Counted from the first letter of the stretch, positions 38,720-51,810 are shown. The stretch is 64,000 nt of DNA from Isurus oxyrinchus (GCA_026770705.1 JANJGN010000100.1:434001-498000); one strand, 5' to 3'. Translations and numbers: made by a program. Notes: generated from the sequence alone by a model not told the origin.

Positions 38720-41065
38720 TAACCTGTCTCACTCTGAACCTGCTGCACTCCGTTCTCTTAGGTTCAACCCTGACATTGTCATCAAACCAGCTGACAAGGG
38801 TGGTGCTGTTGTTGTCTGGCGCACTGACCTCTACCTCACGGAGGCTGAGCGCCAACTCGCAGACACTTCCTCCTACCTGCCCCTGGACCATGACCCCACC
38901 ACTGAACATCAAGCCATTGTTTCCAGGATGGTTACTGACCTCATCTCCTCTGGAGATCTTCCTCCCACAGCTTCCAACCTCATAGTCTCCCAACCTTGGA
39001 CGGCCCGTTTATACTTCCTGCCCAAAATCCACAAACAGGACTATCCAGGCAGACCGATCATGTCAGCCTGTTCCTACCACACGGAAGTAATTTATTGCTA
39101 TCTTGACTCCATTCTCTCTCCCCTTGTCCAGTCCCTTCCCACCTACATCCGTGATTCCTCTGACACCCTACATCATATCATCAATTTCCAGTTCCCTGGC
39201 TCCAACCGCTTCCTCTTCACCATGGACGTCAATCCCTCTACACATCCATCCCCCACCGGGATGCTTTGAGGGCTCTCTCCTTCTTCCTCGAACAGAGGCC
39301 CGAACAATCCCCATCCACCACTACTATCCTCCGCCTGGCTTAACTTGTTCTCACACTGAATAATTTCTCCTTAAACTCCTCTCACTTCCTCCAAATAAAA
39401 GGTGTGGCTATGGGTACCCGCATGGGCCCCAGCTATGCCTGTCTCTTTATGGGGTATGTGGAAATGTCCTTGTTCCAGTCCTACTCCGGCCCCCTCCCAC
39501 AACTTATTCTCCGGTACATAGATGATTGCTTTGGTGCCACTTCATGCTCTCGTCTGGACCTGGAAAAATTTATTAATTTTGCTGCCAATTTCCAACCCTC
39601 CATCATTTTCACATGGTTCATTCCTGACACTTCCCTTCCCTTTCTTGACCTCTCTGTCTCAATCTCTGGTGATAGACTGTCCACCAATATCCATTACAAA
39701 CCTACTAACTCCCACAGCTACCTCGACTACAGCTCCTCACACCCCGCTTCCTGTAAGGACTTCATCCCATTCTCTCAGTTCCTTCGCCTCTGTCGCATCT
39801 GTTCTGATGATGCCACTTTCAAAAACAGTTCCTCTGACATGTCCTCCTTCTTCCTTAATTGAGGTTTCCACCCATGGTCACTGACAGGGCCCTCAACTGT
39901 GTCCGGCCCATCTCCCGTGCATCTGCCCTCACGCCTTCTTCTCCCTCCCAGAAACATGATAAGGTCCCCCTTGTCCTCACCTATCACACCACCAGCCTTC
40001 GCATTCAAAGGACTATTCTCCACCAACTCCAGCATGATGCCACCATCAAACACATCTTGCTTTCACACCACCACCACCACCCCTCCCGGTGGAATTCTGC
40101 AGAGATCGTTCCCTCCGGGACACCCTGGTCCACTTCTCCATTACCCCCTACACCTCAAGCCCCTCCCACGGCACCTTCCCATCCAATCACAAAACACTTG
40201 CCCCTTTACTTCCACCCTCCTCAACGTCCAAAGGCCAAAATATTCCTTTCAAGTGAAGCAGCAGTTCACTAGCACTTCCCTCAATTTAGTCTACTGCATT
40301 TGATACTCCCAGTGCGGTTTCCTCAACATTGGAGAGACCAAACGCAGACTGGGTGACCGCTTTGCAGAACACCTTCGGTCTGTCTGCGAGCATGACCCAG
40401 ACCTCCCTGTCGCTTGCCATTTCAACACACCACCCTGCTCTCTTGCCCATATGTCCGTCCTTGGTCTGCTGCAATGTTCCAGTGAAGCTCAATGCAAACT
40501 GGAGGAACAGCACCTCATCTTCCGATTTGGCACTTTACAGCCTTCCAGACTGAATATTGCATTCAAAAACTTTATATCATGAACTCTCTCCTCCATCCCC
40601 ACCCCTTTCTGATCCCCCTTTTTTTCCAGCAATTTATATATATTTTTTCTGTTCCCACCTATTTCCTTTATTTTTAAATGTACTTCCATCCATTGTTTTA
40701 TCTCTACTTTTTAGCCTATTTCGATCCCTTCCCCCCACCCCACCCGCACTAGGGCTATCTCTACCTTCCTCGATCTGATTTCTACCCTTAATGTCACCTA
40801 TTAGCACATTTCTTAGCTAATATCACCACCGTCAACATCCCTTTGTCCTTTTGTCTATGACATCTCTTCTTTGCTTCCACATATCACTGCCCCCCTATCC
40901 AGCTCAACCTTCCCCAGCCCCCACTACCAGCTTATATTTCACCTCATTTCTCCATTTCCTTAGTTCTGAAGAAGAGTCATACGGACTCGAAATGTCAACT
41001 GTATTCCTCTCCACAGATGCTGTCAGGCCTGCTAGGTTTTTCCAGGTAGCTTTGTTTTTCAGCAC
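38720..41065 (+). mobile_element. Penelope-like retroelement (RT plus GIY-YIG), decayed
   Basis: IKPADKGGAVVVW, YFLPKIHK..PGRPI, GVAMGTRMGPSYA, RYIDD, then IGETKRRLGDRFAEH; PLE tail. Confidence 0.9.
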
Positions 41066-41084
41066 CCGCAGTATTTTGCTTTTA

Positions 41085-42350
41085 ACTGAGAGAGGGAAAT
41101 CAATATGTTTCAGTGAGATAGACGCTGTCTCACGACGAGAGATGACAGAATTTAAGTGATTGTGGTGACAAACGTGCCCATCTTAGCAAAGAAATGGTTG
41201 GCATGACATGAATTTCTAAACAAGAGCACACAACAGGATATACTATCAATGAATATTTACATTATTAGACGATCTGTAGTTACAGTTTGAATAAGAGAAA
41301 ATAAAATAAAATGAAACATTCTGGTGAAGATAAATCTTTTATCTTTGTGGAATGAAGCAAAATGATTTATTTTCACACCGACACACAGAACAGGCGTTGT
41401 CTCATATGTAATATTGTTGGCTGTGATGATAGTGAATATCAGGGGCTGCGCGGAACAAACAGTCAAAACCTGTAGTTTTAGGCCAAAGTCAGAGGCACAT
41501 TTTGAACTCAACGTTCACCTTATAGAAGCATAGAATAGTGCGGTAACAACAGAGACAGAGCCTGGTGTGGTAATTACTGAGACAGGGCCTAGTGCAATTT
41601 AAGCAGAGGCATGACTAGAGAGGCCATCGAATGTTACTTAAGCAAAGACGTGACCTAGAGCATGAATAACAGGGGCGAGGACAAGTGTGATATTAACATA
41701 GACAATGTCTACTGCTGTAACAGCGGAGATGGGTCTAGTGCAATAGTTACCGATACAGGGCCTGGATCAACATCAAGTGAAATAGGGCAGTTATTACAGG
41801 CACAGGGCACAGAGTAATTGCTTCCCAGAAAGAGCCTAAGGCCGTAATATTGGAGACTGCCACCAGTGTAAGAGAGACAGACATGATCTCGTGGAGTAAA
41901 AACAGGGAAAGGGAGAGTGGAATAGAAGCAGAGACAGAGGTACAAAGACAAAGTCTCTGCAAAGACAGGATCCATTTTAATTAAAAAGAAAGACAAGCTC
42001 GAGTGCAATACAGGCTGATAGAGAGTCTAGTGTAAATTGTTCTGAAATGCAGTCTGGAGGAACATAAGTGCAGACATGATTGAGTGTGTTATAAGCAGCG
42101 CCGCAACCTAGTGAAACATAAGTGAGGCAGTGCTGAGTACAGTAATAATTGAGACAGGATCTTGTGCAATACAAACCTGCCTAGTGTAGTGATAACACAG
42201 ACTGGATCCTGTTTTAGAAAACTGATACACGGTCTAATGCAGCTTCACATAATTCAGGGCTCTTTTTAATATCAACTGACGCAGTGTCTGGTGAATTAAA
42301 TGCCGGCAAAGGTAGGAGATCAATAAAAGCAGAGACCTACCCTAGTACAG
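41085..42350 (+). repeat. Segmental duplicate of 17520-18780, including the 27-bp array
   Basis: Collinear blocks such as tcaatatgtttcagtgag, gatctgtagttacag and gatctcgtggagtaaaa. Confidence 0.9.
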
Positions 42351-43321
42351 GTAAAGTTACAGAAAAGAAAAAGGCCATTCGGCCCTGTGTGCTGCTTTCA
42401 AAGAACAGTGTGACTGGTTGATCTGAATGATATTCAATGTTTACGAAGAATGGACAAAAAGGAAAATGGGATGGGGTTGCGCTGTTAATAAGGAACGAGA
42501 TCGTTACATTGGTGAGAGAGGATCTTAGATTGAAGGATCAAGATGTAGAATCAGTTCGGGTAGAGCTAAGAAACAGCAAGAGACAGCAAACATTGGTGGG
42601 CGTTGTTTATAGGCCGCCAAACTGTAGTGGAGTTTACTTTTACAAACTTCACCAAGGATAAGTTTCTTTGACCAAATGGTCTGAGTCAGATGAACACAAG
42701 TGACGCCTTCAGCCAATGAGAAGAACCATTGCTGTTCGCTGGAACATGAAATCGATACTTTCCTCCTTTAAGCCAGTTCTTAAAGCCTCCCCCTTTGACC
42801 GAAGTTTTAGTCATCTGACCGATTATGTGGCTCAGTGTCATACTTTGTTATATAATGATTCTGGGGAACGCCTTGTGACGTTTCATTAGGTAAAAGGAGC
42901 TTTATAAATATAAGTTGTTTTTGTAGTCCATACATAGAGAGAGACAAACTACTCTTTCCTCTTTCATCCTGATATTTTTCACAGTAATATTGAAATGTGA
43001 GGTTGCACAACTAATGTGAATACAGTTTGTGTTCGTAAAAATGTGTTCACCTCCTCGGGGAACTGAACCACATTGACCCACACAGAGGAATACACTCAGA
43101 GGTATACACCGAGAGTGACAGAGGCCAAAGGAGGGACAAATGCCAGAATGAAATAATGTCACCAGATTGGCTCAGTGTTTTTCCATTTCCCACTGGAGAT
43201 TTGCAGAAGGCTGAAAAATAAATGGAAACAAGAGATCACGGGTGTGTTTGGATCGCTTTTCCTCGATTCAAACGATAATTAGCTCTGTCTGTGCACGGTT
43301 AAAATCAGAAAAAATGAGAAA

Positions 43322-43403
43322 CGTAATCTTCAGGATTCAAACCTGCGCGGGGTAACCCCAATGGATTTCTAATCCATGGCCTTAACCACTCGGCCATGAG
43401 TAC
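43322..43403 (-). pseudogene. tRNA-Ser(AGA), degenerate paralog of the 19379 gene
   Basis: ATGGA-TTAGAAA-TCCAT anticodon arm; same GGGGTTACCCC variable arm; acceptor mismatches; TTTGAAT T loop. Confidence 0.85.
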
Positions 43404-43579
43404 AGAAGCTGCTCACATGTTACTATTATTTATATGAAATCATGCAATGGTTACAGCGGAGAAAGCAGTCTTTCTGCCCGTCCTGTCACCCCCATTACCT
43501 GACCTTTTCCCCAGAACCCTGCAATTTATCCTGTCTCTCCTCGTTCTTCTGACCCAACTGGGAATGAAAGAGTGAGACT

Positions 43580-44890
43580 GATCCAACCCGGCCAATTACC
43601 GCCCCATCGGTCTATTCACCATCATGAGTAAATTAATGGAAAGAGTCATCAACAGCGCTATCAAGAGGCACTGACTTAGCAATAACCTGCTCACTGATGC
43701 CCAGCTTGGGTTCCACAAGGACCACTCAGCTCCTGATCTCATTACAGCCTTGGCTCAAACATAAACAAAAGAGCTGAACTCCCGAGATGAGGTGAGATCA
43801 GCATTTGACCGAGTGTGGCATCAAGGTGCCCGAGCACAACTGGAGTCAATGGGAATCAGGAGGAAACTCTCAGCTTGTTGGAGTCATACCGAGCACAAAG
43901 GAAGATGGTTGTGGTTGCTGGAGGTCAGTCATCTTATCTCCAGGACATCACTGCAGGAGTTCCTTAGGGTAGTGTCCTCGGTCCAACCATCTTCAGCAAT
44001 AAACTTCCATCCATCATAAGGTCAGAAGTGGCGAAGTTAGCTGATGATTGCACCATGTTCAGCACCATACCCGACTCTTCAGATACTGAAGCAGTCCATG
44101 TCCAAATGCAGCAAGACCTGGACAATATCCAGGCTTGGGCTGACAAGTGGCAAGTAACATTCGCACCCCACAAGTGTCAGGTAATGACCATCTCCAACAT
44201 GAGAGAATCCAACTATCGCCTCTTGATGTTCAATGGCATTAACCTCACTAAACCCCTCACTATCAACATCCCGGGAGTTCCCATTGACCAGGAACTGAAC
44301 TGGAATAACCATATAAACACTGTGGCTACAAGAGTAGGTCAGAGGTTAGGAATCATGCAACGTGTAACTCACCTCCTGACTCCCCAAAGCCTGTCTACCA
44401 TCTAGAAGGCACAAGTTAGGAGCATGATGGAATATTCCCAACTTGCTTGGATGGGTGCAGCCCCCTCAACACTGAAGAAGCTGGACACCGTCCAGGGCAA
44501 AGCAGTCCACTTGACTGGCACCACATCCACATTCACTCCCTTCACCACCGATGCACAGTAGCAGCAGTGTGTACCATCTACAAGATGCACTGCAGGAATT
44601 CACCAAGGCTGCTTAGACAGTAGTGTCCAAACCTACGACCATTACCAGCAAGAGGAACAAGGGCAGCAGATAGATAGGAACACCATCACCTTGAATTCAG
44701 TCACTATCCTGACTTGGAAATATATCGCCGTCCCTTCACTTTCACTGGGTCAAAATCCTGGAACTCCCTTCCTACACCACTGCAAATGTTCAAGAAGGTA
44801 GACCACCTTTTCAAGGGCAATTCGGGATGGACAATAAATGCTGGCCCAGACTGTGAAGCCCACATCACGTGAATGAATTAAAAAAAAGCT
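43580..44890 (+). mobile_element. CR1/L2-group LINE RT and 3' end with A tail
   Basis: AFDRVWHQG, KLADDCT..QQDLDNIQAWADKWQVTF; ends gaatgaattaaaaaaa. Confidence 0.9.
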
Positions 44891-45879
44891 CCAGGTTTAG
44901 CTGCAAATTATATTGCCTTGAACTTCTGACCAAAGTAAAGCCCTGCAAACGTCAGACCTTGGAGCAAGGCTGACGTATTTGCTCAGGTGAGAAACCACCT
45001 GAAGCTTTCAATATTGGTTTTCTTAACACCGATTTCCAATGGGAATTGTTCAATGACTTGGAAGCGAAAAAACAGGGCTAAGGAGAAAAAGAAAGAAATT
45101 GTCATTAATTATAAAGCTCTTTGTACAAAACGGACATAGACACCATGGGTGGAAGGGCCTCTTACTGCGCTGTGCCATTTGATGATGACATTGTTGATCA
45201 GTCTGTCTCCAGCATTCCTAATGAGAACAGCCGAATTCCATTTCTTCAAAACAAAGACCCAAAGTGCTGCTGCATGACGTCACCGTATAACATTCCAGAC
45301 AGCTCCATTGGGATCTTTACAGCGCAGGGTTTATAGAGGCGAGTGGGGTCATATTCACTTCACATATGATGGAGCTGCGGTTTGATACCTGGCAAGAGCA
45401 TTATCCAGGCTTGTTTATTTGAGTGAGGGAAAGTTCGATAATATACGTTTGTTGTAAATATGAACATGACGGTTGGAATCCTGCTGACTAAAGTTTTCAC
45501 CGTTTGTGATTTTAACCAAATTAATTATCAGTTAATTGGAAGGAAACCCATCCAAATATGTCTGTATTTTCTGATTTCCATTCATCTGTCAGCATTCAAG
45601 AAATTTGCTTTCGGAAATGGAACAAACACTGAGCCAAGTTGGTGACATTCATGCTTTTTGCGTGTGTGTCTCTCCTTTGGCCACTGTCACTCCCGGTGTT
45701 TCTCTCTGTGTCTGTTCCTCTGTGATTGTCAATGTGGTTCAGTTCCCTGAGAGGGTGAAAACTTTTTTAACGTCACAAACTTGATTCACATTAGTTCAGG
45801 TTAAAATGTCGATGAGAAAAGTATCAGCGTGAAGGATTAAGCAGGAGACTGGCCCTTTCTATATATATCCTACAACAGC

Positions 45880-47170
45880 AACAACTTGTATAAATAAAGC
45901 ACTTTTAACCTGTTGAAACGTCACAAGGCGTTCCCCGTGAGATTTATATAACAAAGTGTGACACTGAGCCTCATATTCGGTCAAATGACTAAAAGCTCGG
46001 TCAAAGGGGGAGGCTTTAAAAACTGTATAAAAGGAGGAAAGTATCGATTTCATGTTCCAGCTCACAGCAATGGTTCTTCTCATTGGTGAAGAAATCACTT
46101 GTCCATTGACTCGGGATTGGCTCTTCCATTGGACCAACAGCGAATAGGATGGAGGGTTTTGGAAATTGAAAGTTACAAATGAGCAGCTTATGGGGCTATT
46201 TCACCTCACTGTCGATTTCATGTTCCACCTCACGGCAACCGTTGTTTTCATTGGCTGATGAAGTCATTTATCTTGAACCTAAACAGGCAGTTTTTTGCTG
46301 AAAGAGCTCTGAACGAAAGAACAATAGGCAAAAGCCACGTAGATAAGCCGAATCGAAAAACTAAGGTACAATTTCGCTGGTTCTCTAGTGGTTAGGATGC
46401 GGTGCTCTCACCGCTGCCGCCTGGGTTCGATTCCCGGTCAGGGAACATTGCCTGATTGAATTTTTTGAAACGATTGTTGAACACTCATTGATTAGAAATG
46501 TTTAAAAGCTTCAGCAGAATCAGAAGAGTGAGGGTTTAAATTTCGCCTCAGATCTGGAAAACATCACACTCGTGAGTGGCAGTGAAGGAAGAGGAGAGGA
46601 GAGAAGGGCTGTTTACAAAGCACTAGCTATAGAAATGTTGTTGTGAGGCAAAATATGGGTGGGAAAAGTACGAATTTTGCTTCCTACTGTTTGCACTGGC
46701 ACAAAAATCACTCCTGATGGCTCAACCAATCACAACTGCTCTTTGAAAGCAGCACACCCGGCCGAATGGCCTCTTTCTGCGCTGTAACTTTCTATAATTT
46801 TATGTTTCCCAACAACACGGGTCATTCTGCCATTTTGTAACCCACTCGAGTGAGATGTACTTTCTTACCTTGTATTCGGCTCTTTTGAAACCAAAACACG
46901 GAGCAAATTCAATGAGTTTTCTTCACATTTACAGCACGAGATTTGACACGAGACAAATTGAACGACACATTAATAGTGCCGATCCTTCACTGGAGCTCTG
47001 CGTCCATAGAGTACTGTTATCATCAGCCTGTTCTGTACCTTCGAACAGTACATCTGCTGAACAATATAAGCTTATCACAGCTCTGCTTTCTTCATATTGA
47101 AACCCAGTGTGAAGATCAATTAAAAAGCTGAACAACTGGGAGGAGAGTGACTGTGGATAATCGGCACTGG
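45880..47170 (+). repeat. Segmental duplicate of 22140-23500 (Glu cassette); inverted copies at ~37860-38680 and ~61840-62230
   Basis: Collinear blocks such as gaaacgtcacaaggcgt, ctatttcacctcactgtcga and gccgatccttcactggagct. Confidence 0.9.
46374..46445 (+). pseudogene. tRNA-Glu(CTC), partly degenerate, B box intact
   Basis: TCGCTGGTTCTCTAGTGGTTAGGATGCGGTG-CTCTCAC-CGCTGCCGCCTGGGTTCGATTCCCGGTCAGGGAA. Confidence 0.8.
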
Positions 47171-47211
47171 GCATCCATGTATGTTGGGATAATACGAAAC
47201 AGCATTCACAT

Positions 47212-47284
47212 TTCTGGGTAGCTCAATCGGTAGAGCGTGAGACTCTTAATCTCCACATTGTGGGTTCAAGCCACATGATGGTTG
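47212..47284 (+). pseudogene. tRNA-Lys(CTT) pseudogene
   Basis: TAGCTCAATCGGTAGAGCGTGAGACTCTTAATCTC...GTGGGTTCAAGCC. Confidence 0.8.
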
Positions 47285-48046
47285 CAGGAGGACTTTAAAA
47301 ATCTGATTAAAAGTCAAACGGTGTGGAAGCATTGACTCTGTTTCTCCCTCCAGCTATTGAGTTTTTCCAGCATTTTCTGTGTTTGTTTCAGATTTCCATC
47401 ACTCGCAGTGATTTGCTTTTAACTTTTTACTTTTACATCTTCCTGCCTAAAAAAACACCAACTAATCACTGCGGCTCCTGTGAAACGTACAAGACAGACA
47501 TTCACCACCGAAAGCAACTGACACACATCAAATTCAAAGCACTTTATTGTCACATTTCTTCCTGCTTCTGACCCTGTTCCCTCTGCCCGTCCAGCTCCCA
47601 GGTCAATGAGCTGTAATCAGTATCTGGGTGAACCAGGAACATGAGAAGGTGTCTCTTTACCCACGAGTTTTACCCATTCCCACCAATTGGCTGTGTCTGC
47701 ATCGAGCAGCTCATTGACCTGGGGGCTGGATGGGCAGAGGGAGCTGGAGGGGAGGCAGGGACAGAAGCAGGAAGAAATACGACAATAAAGTGCTTTGAAT
47801 TTGATGTGTGTCAGTTGCTTTCAGTGGTGAATATCTGCTTTGTAAGTTTCACAGGAGCCGCAATGATTAGTTGCTGTTTTTTAAGCAGCAAGATTTAAAT
47901 GTAAAAAGATAAAAGCAAATTACTGCGAATGATGGAAATCTGAAACAAACACAGAAAATGCTAGAAAAACTCCGCAGCTGGAGGAAGAAACAGAGTCAAT
48001 GCTTCCAGACCGTTTGACCCTTAATCAGATTTTTAAACGGTAACAG

Positions 48047-48119
48047 CGGCCAACGTGGGGCTCGAACCAATGACCCTGAGATTAAGGGTCTTATGCTCTA
48101 CCGACTGAGCTAGCCAAGT
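48047..48119 (-). pseudogene. tRNA-Lys(CTT), degenerate
   Basis: GGCTAGCTCAGTCGGTAGAGCATAAGACCCTTAATCTCAGGGTCATTGGTTCGAGCCCCACGTTGG; U33 changed to C, stem mismatches. Confidence 0.85.
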
Positions 48120-49095
48120 ATATAAAAAGCTATCCTGTATCCCAACATACATGGATAAACCTGTTGCGTTCCACCTGATATCTCAGCCTGGTCAGAAGTT
48201 TAAAGTGTGGAACGTAATCGGCCTACAAAAGCCCCAAGGTTGCAATGCATTCCCCTCAATCATCAATAACAACATTCACATCTTCCACTTCTTAGCTGCA
48301 CCTCCTTCCAAATACTGTGATCGATTTTCCTCAGGATTTTCCCCTGCATTTAATATTCACCTGCTTTGTGTCTTCATTTTGAAATCAGGTTCACTTCATT
48401 ACCCAACACAAATTGAATTACAAACCTGATGGACAAACAATGGAAAACAAGTCACTCGGTAACAAAAATCCCATGGTGCTCATTTTCAGATTCACAACAG
48501 TCAGCTTTTCAATAAAATGAAGGAATTTTACAGTGAAAAGAATTAGAAAGTTGGTGTGACTTTTATTTGTGACTCACTCACTCGGGTATTCTGTAAAAGC
48601 TGCTTGGAGATTTAGTGATCAGGATATAATCTACCTGTGTTTTCCTGAGCCTGTGCTCGGTGTATTGGGAGGTTTGGCCCTGGTTGGAGTATCTTGTGTC
48701 CCAGGGATGGGCAGTAACCTGCTGATTGAAGCTGCAGTCGCTGCTTTATGCTGGCAGCGGGTGATTGGAGAGTGCGGGGCCGGAATATTGCCGCCTTGCT
48801 GCTTTTCCCTGTCTCACTCACTGTGGAGCTGAGGAAGACTGAGTAATTGAGGGGTTCGTTTGATTCCAACAACTTCATGGATTTCTGGTGGGTTACAGAA
48901 TGGGTCCAAATCTTTTCTCATTGTATTTGACAACAAACGTAATTTTTTTTTAAAGCTGTTTTTGTGGGAGCTCACTGGATAACAAAAGACCTGCCACCGT
49001 TTTGGGGATGATATCTTGCAGCCCAAGTATCCAATGACAAGCCAGAACTGGGTGGCAATGATTGGTGATGAGGGGGGAAAACAGTAAAAACTTTC

Positions 49096-49169
49096 ACTCC
49101 CTGGGTGGTTCTGAATCACCTAACTTTCAGTTAACAGGCAAAAACGCTAACCAATTGTGTCACAGATAC
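49096..49169 (-). pseudogene. tRNA-Asn(GTT) pseudogene
   Basis: GTATCTGTGACACAATTGGTTAGCG...CTGTTAACTGAAAG...CCACCCAGGGA. Confidence 0.75.
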
Positions 49170-49854
49170 TTACACAAACCTAACTGACAAGGTATCCCAA
49201 CCAGGGTATCAGTGAGTCTAATCTTCAGATTGCCACTACCCAGATGGCTGTCGCACTCTATCCATTTTACACTTACAAAATAAAGGATGAGACATTCATT
49301 ATGGATACATGGAAACAGTCTGATCCCACCCACTGCAGACACATCCATGTCACTGTGAACCAGCTCTCCTACAACCGGTGCCATTTCCCTTCGAGCCTTT
49401 CATTGTCTTGTCTGTTACCAAGTATTCTGATTGTCCCAAAGCCGATATTAGGTTTAAATTCTTGATGTGCAGTAACGAGATTCCTTTCACTGTCTCAGGT
49501 CTGTTAATTTCACTGAGAACATCAGAATCTATGTTCTAGCGTCTTAAGGAAGGGAAAGGTGCCTTGACTTTCTCTGGTTAACCCTTTATTCGCATTGGAT
49601 TCCATTCCTAAAAGGGGATTTTCATTTCCTGCTTGAGCTTCCTGACCACATCTGGCAACATCTTTGGATTGAGAGGTTTAATTAACATTTCAGATGCACT
49701 GCAGTTCTAATGAAAGGCTGCGGACCTGGAATGAAAATGATGTCTCTCTCTTCACAGTCGCTACCAGATCTGCTGAGAATACCAGCATTTTCTGTTTTTC
49801 TTTCAGATAACTAGCATCTACAGTGCTTTGTTTTTCTTTTCCTGATTAGTGAAA

Positions 49855-50225
49855 CATATAAGACCCTGAGTAGTACTTCACAGGGCGGGTTTGGGGAGGA
49901 TGTTACCTCTTTTGGGAGAATCTAGATCTCGGGATCGCTGTTTAAAAATAAGGGGTCACCCATTTAAAATGGAGATGAGGCGATTTTTTTCTCTCAGTGG
50001 GTCGTGAAACTTATGAGCTCTCTTCCTGAAAAGGCTGTGGAAGCAGAGTCGTTAAATATGTTTAAGGCAGAGGTGGATATATTCTTGGCAAGCAAGAGTG
50101 TGACAGGTTAATGGAGATAGGTGGGGTACAGATTTCAGGTGACTATCAGATCAGCCATGATCTTATTAAATAGCAGAGCAGGATTGAGGGGCCGAATGGC
50201 CTACTCCTGTTCCTTTTTCTTATGT
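49855..50225 (+). mobile_element. CR1 LINE 3' end
   Basis: Similar to 32460-32830; ends gggccgaatggcctactcctgttcct..cttatg. Confidence 0.75.
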
Positions 50226-50739
50226 ACTGCTAAGAATGTGGAACCCATTATCAGTAGATTTTGAGATCATGTATGAGCTGAAAATGTGTAGGCAAATTCA
50301 CGCTGTAAACAGATTGTTCACCATCTGGAATTGGAAAGGGATTCACTCTCATCCCATTTACTGACACAGGAACACAGTCTTGCTGATGCGAGACCATTCA
50401 GATACTTCACGTGTGCAAAGGGCTTTATTCAGTTTTCCCACAAGTTAACACGCCAACTTTATAAGTTCAAAGCATTTGATCCACAATCAGAGAAATGATA
50501 ATAGCATGACACGGTTTAAATGTTCCACGTATAGGGGGAAAAGTCACGAGCTCACCCCATCTGCTGAGACTGCACTGAGTTCAGATCTAACTGTAAGAGT
50601 ATTATGTCCAGGAGAGAATTGTGGTGGAGCCTTGAGCAATTTGGCCACTGCATCAATTGCTTCAACAATTTTATGTTTTGTCCCTATGTCACCCATCGTA
50701 TTCTGAATATAGCACATAGGTTTCTGTTCTATAATATGG

Positions 50740-51160
50740 TCTTTCAATTGCGGAGCGGAGACCCAGGAATAACTGCGAGACAAAATGTGCCCTATCCTCA
50801 CTCCAGCAGCTCCCTGCGCGTGCGCATTGCTGCGTGTGGTGGGGCATGCGCATTTCATCTGTTTCATGAGCATGCGCAGTGCTGGTCTGTGACTGCTCAG
50901 AGCGAGTGAGAGAATGTCGAGCCGAGCAAACTGACAGAGTTAGTGGGTGTGTGAGGAGGAATGGAGCCAGCGGAGTGGGCAGGGAGGCTTCATAAAGACG
51001 CAGTGCAGGCCACAGACTCTAAATAACAAGGTACCGGTCTTGGGTTTGCAGAGAACCGGCCGAAAAAGTCTGGATTTCTCCCTTCGCCAGGCCCGGGGTA
51101 ACGGCCGCCATCTTTGTAGGGGGCAATGTGCAGCAGCGCGCATGCGCGGTCATCCTGGTC
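50740..51160 (+). promoter_or_regulatory. CpG-rich promoter and non-coding first exon, probably of the ZNF gene (donor after 51030)
   Basis: NRF1-like TGCGCGTGCGCA (50815), GCATGCGCA (50844, 50870), GCGCATGCGC (51138); YY1-like GCCGCCATCTT (51104); AAG|gtaccg. Confidence 0.6.
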
Positions 51161-51333
51161 CAGGTAGCAGGAGGAGAGAATGTTGTGCATTTCTAACCTG
51201 GACTGAAAGGGATGGATTTTGGAAACTCCTTTTGCAGGGGGTTAGAAGCAAACTCAAACCAAGAGAAATGTTTGTCTCTCCTCAATTTATTTTCTGGATT
51301 GACAATGATGGATTTTGTGAACTCTATTTACAG

Positions 51334-51810
51334 GGTGTTAGAAGAGGAGGGCAAAATCGAGGGAGATGAGAAACCAAAATCAAACATCACATCAAAATCT
51401 GAAAGCCTTGAGTGCCCTACCATCCATTCTTAATTAGCACATTCGTTTAGATAATATCACCAACTTTAACTTTAACACCTATGTGTTCTTTTGTCCCATT
51501 GTCACTGACATCTTTTGATGATCTACTTCTATCACTGCTTGTTTGTCTACACAAGCACCTCTGTCTCTCTCTCTCTCTCCGCCCCCCCCCCCACCCCCCA
51601 CACACATACCTTAAACCAGCTTATATTTCAACTCTTTCCTGGACTCGAAATCAAGTTCTGTCGAAGGGTCATGAAGACTCGAAACGTCAACTCTTTTCTT
51701 CTCCGCCGATGCTGCCAGACCTGCTGAGTTTTTCCAGGTAATTCTGTTTTTGTTCTGAAAGTCACTTGTTTGGCCAGGACCTGAATATCATCAACCTTTG
51801 AATGTAAGCT
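51334..51810 (+). pseudogene. ZNF N-terminal exon relic split by a Penelope-like tail insertion (51406-51753; TSD tctgaaag)
   Basis: caaacatcacatcaa..tctga and ggacctgaatatcatca.cctttgaatgt match 56400-56468. Confidence 0.7.
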
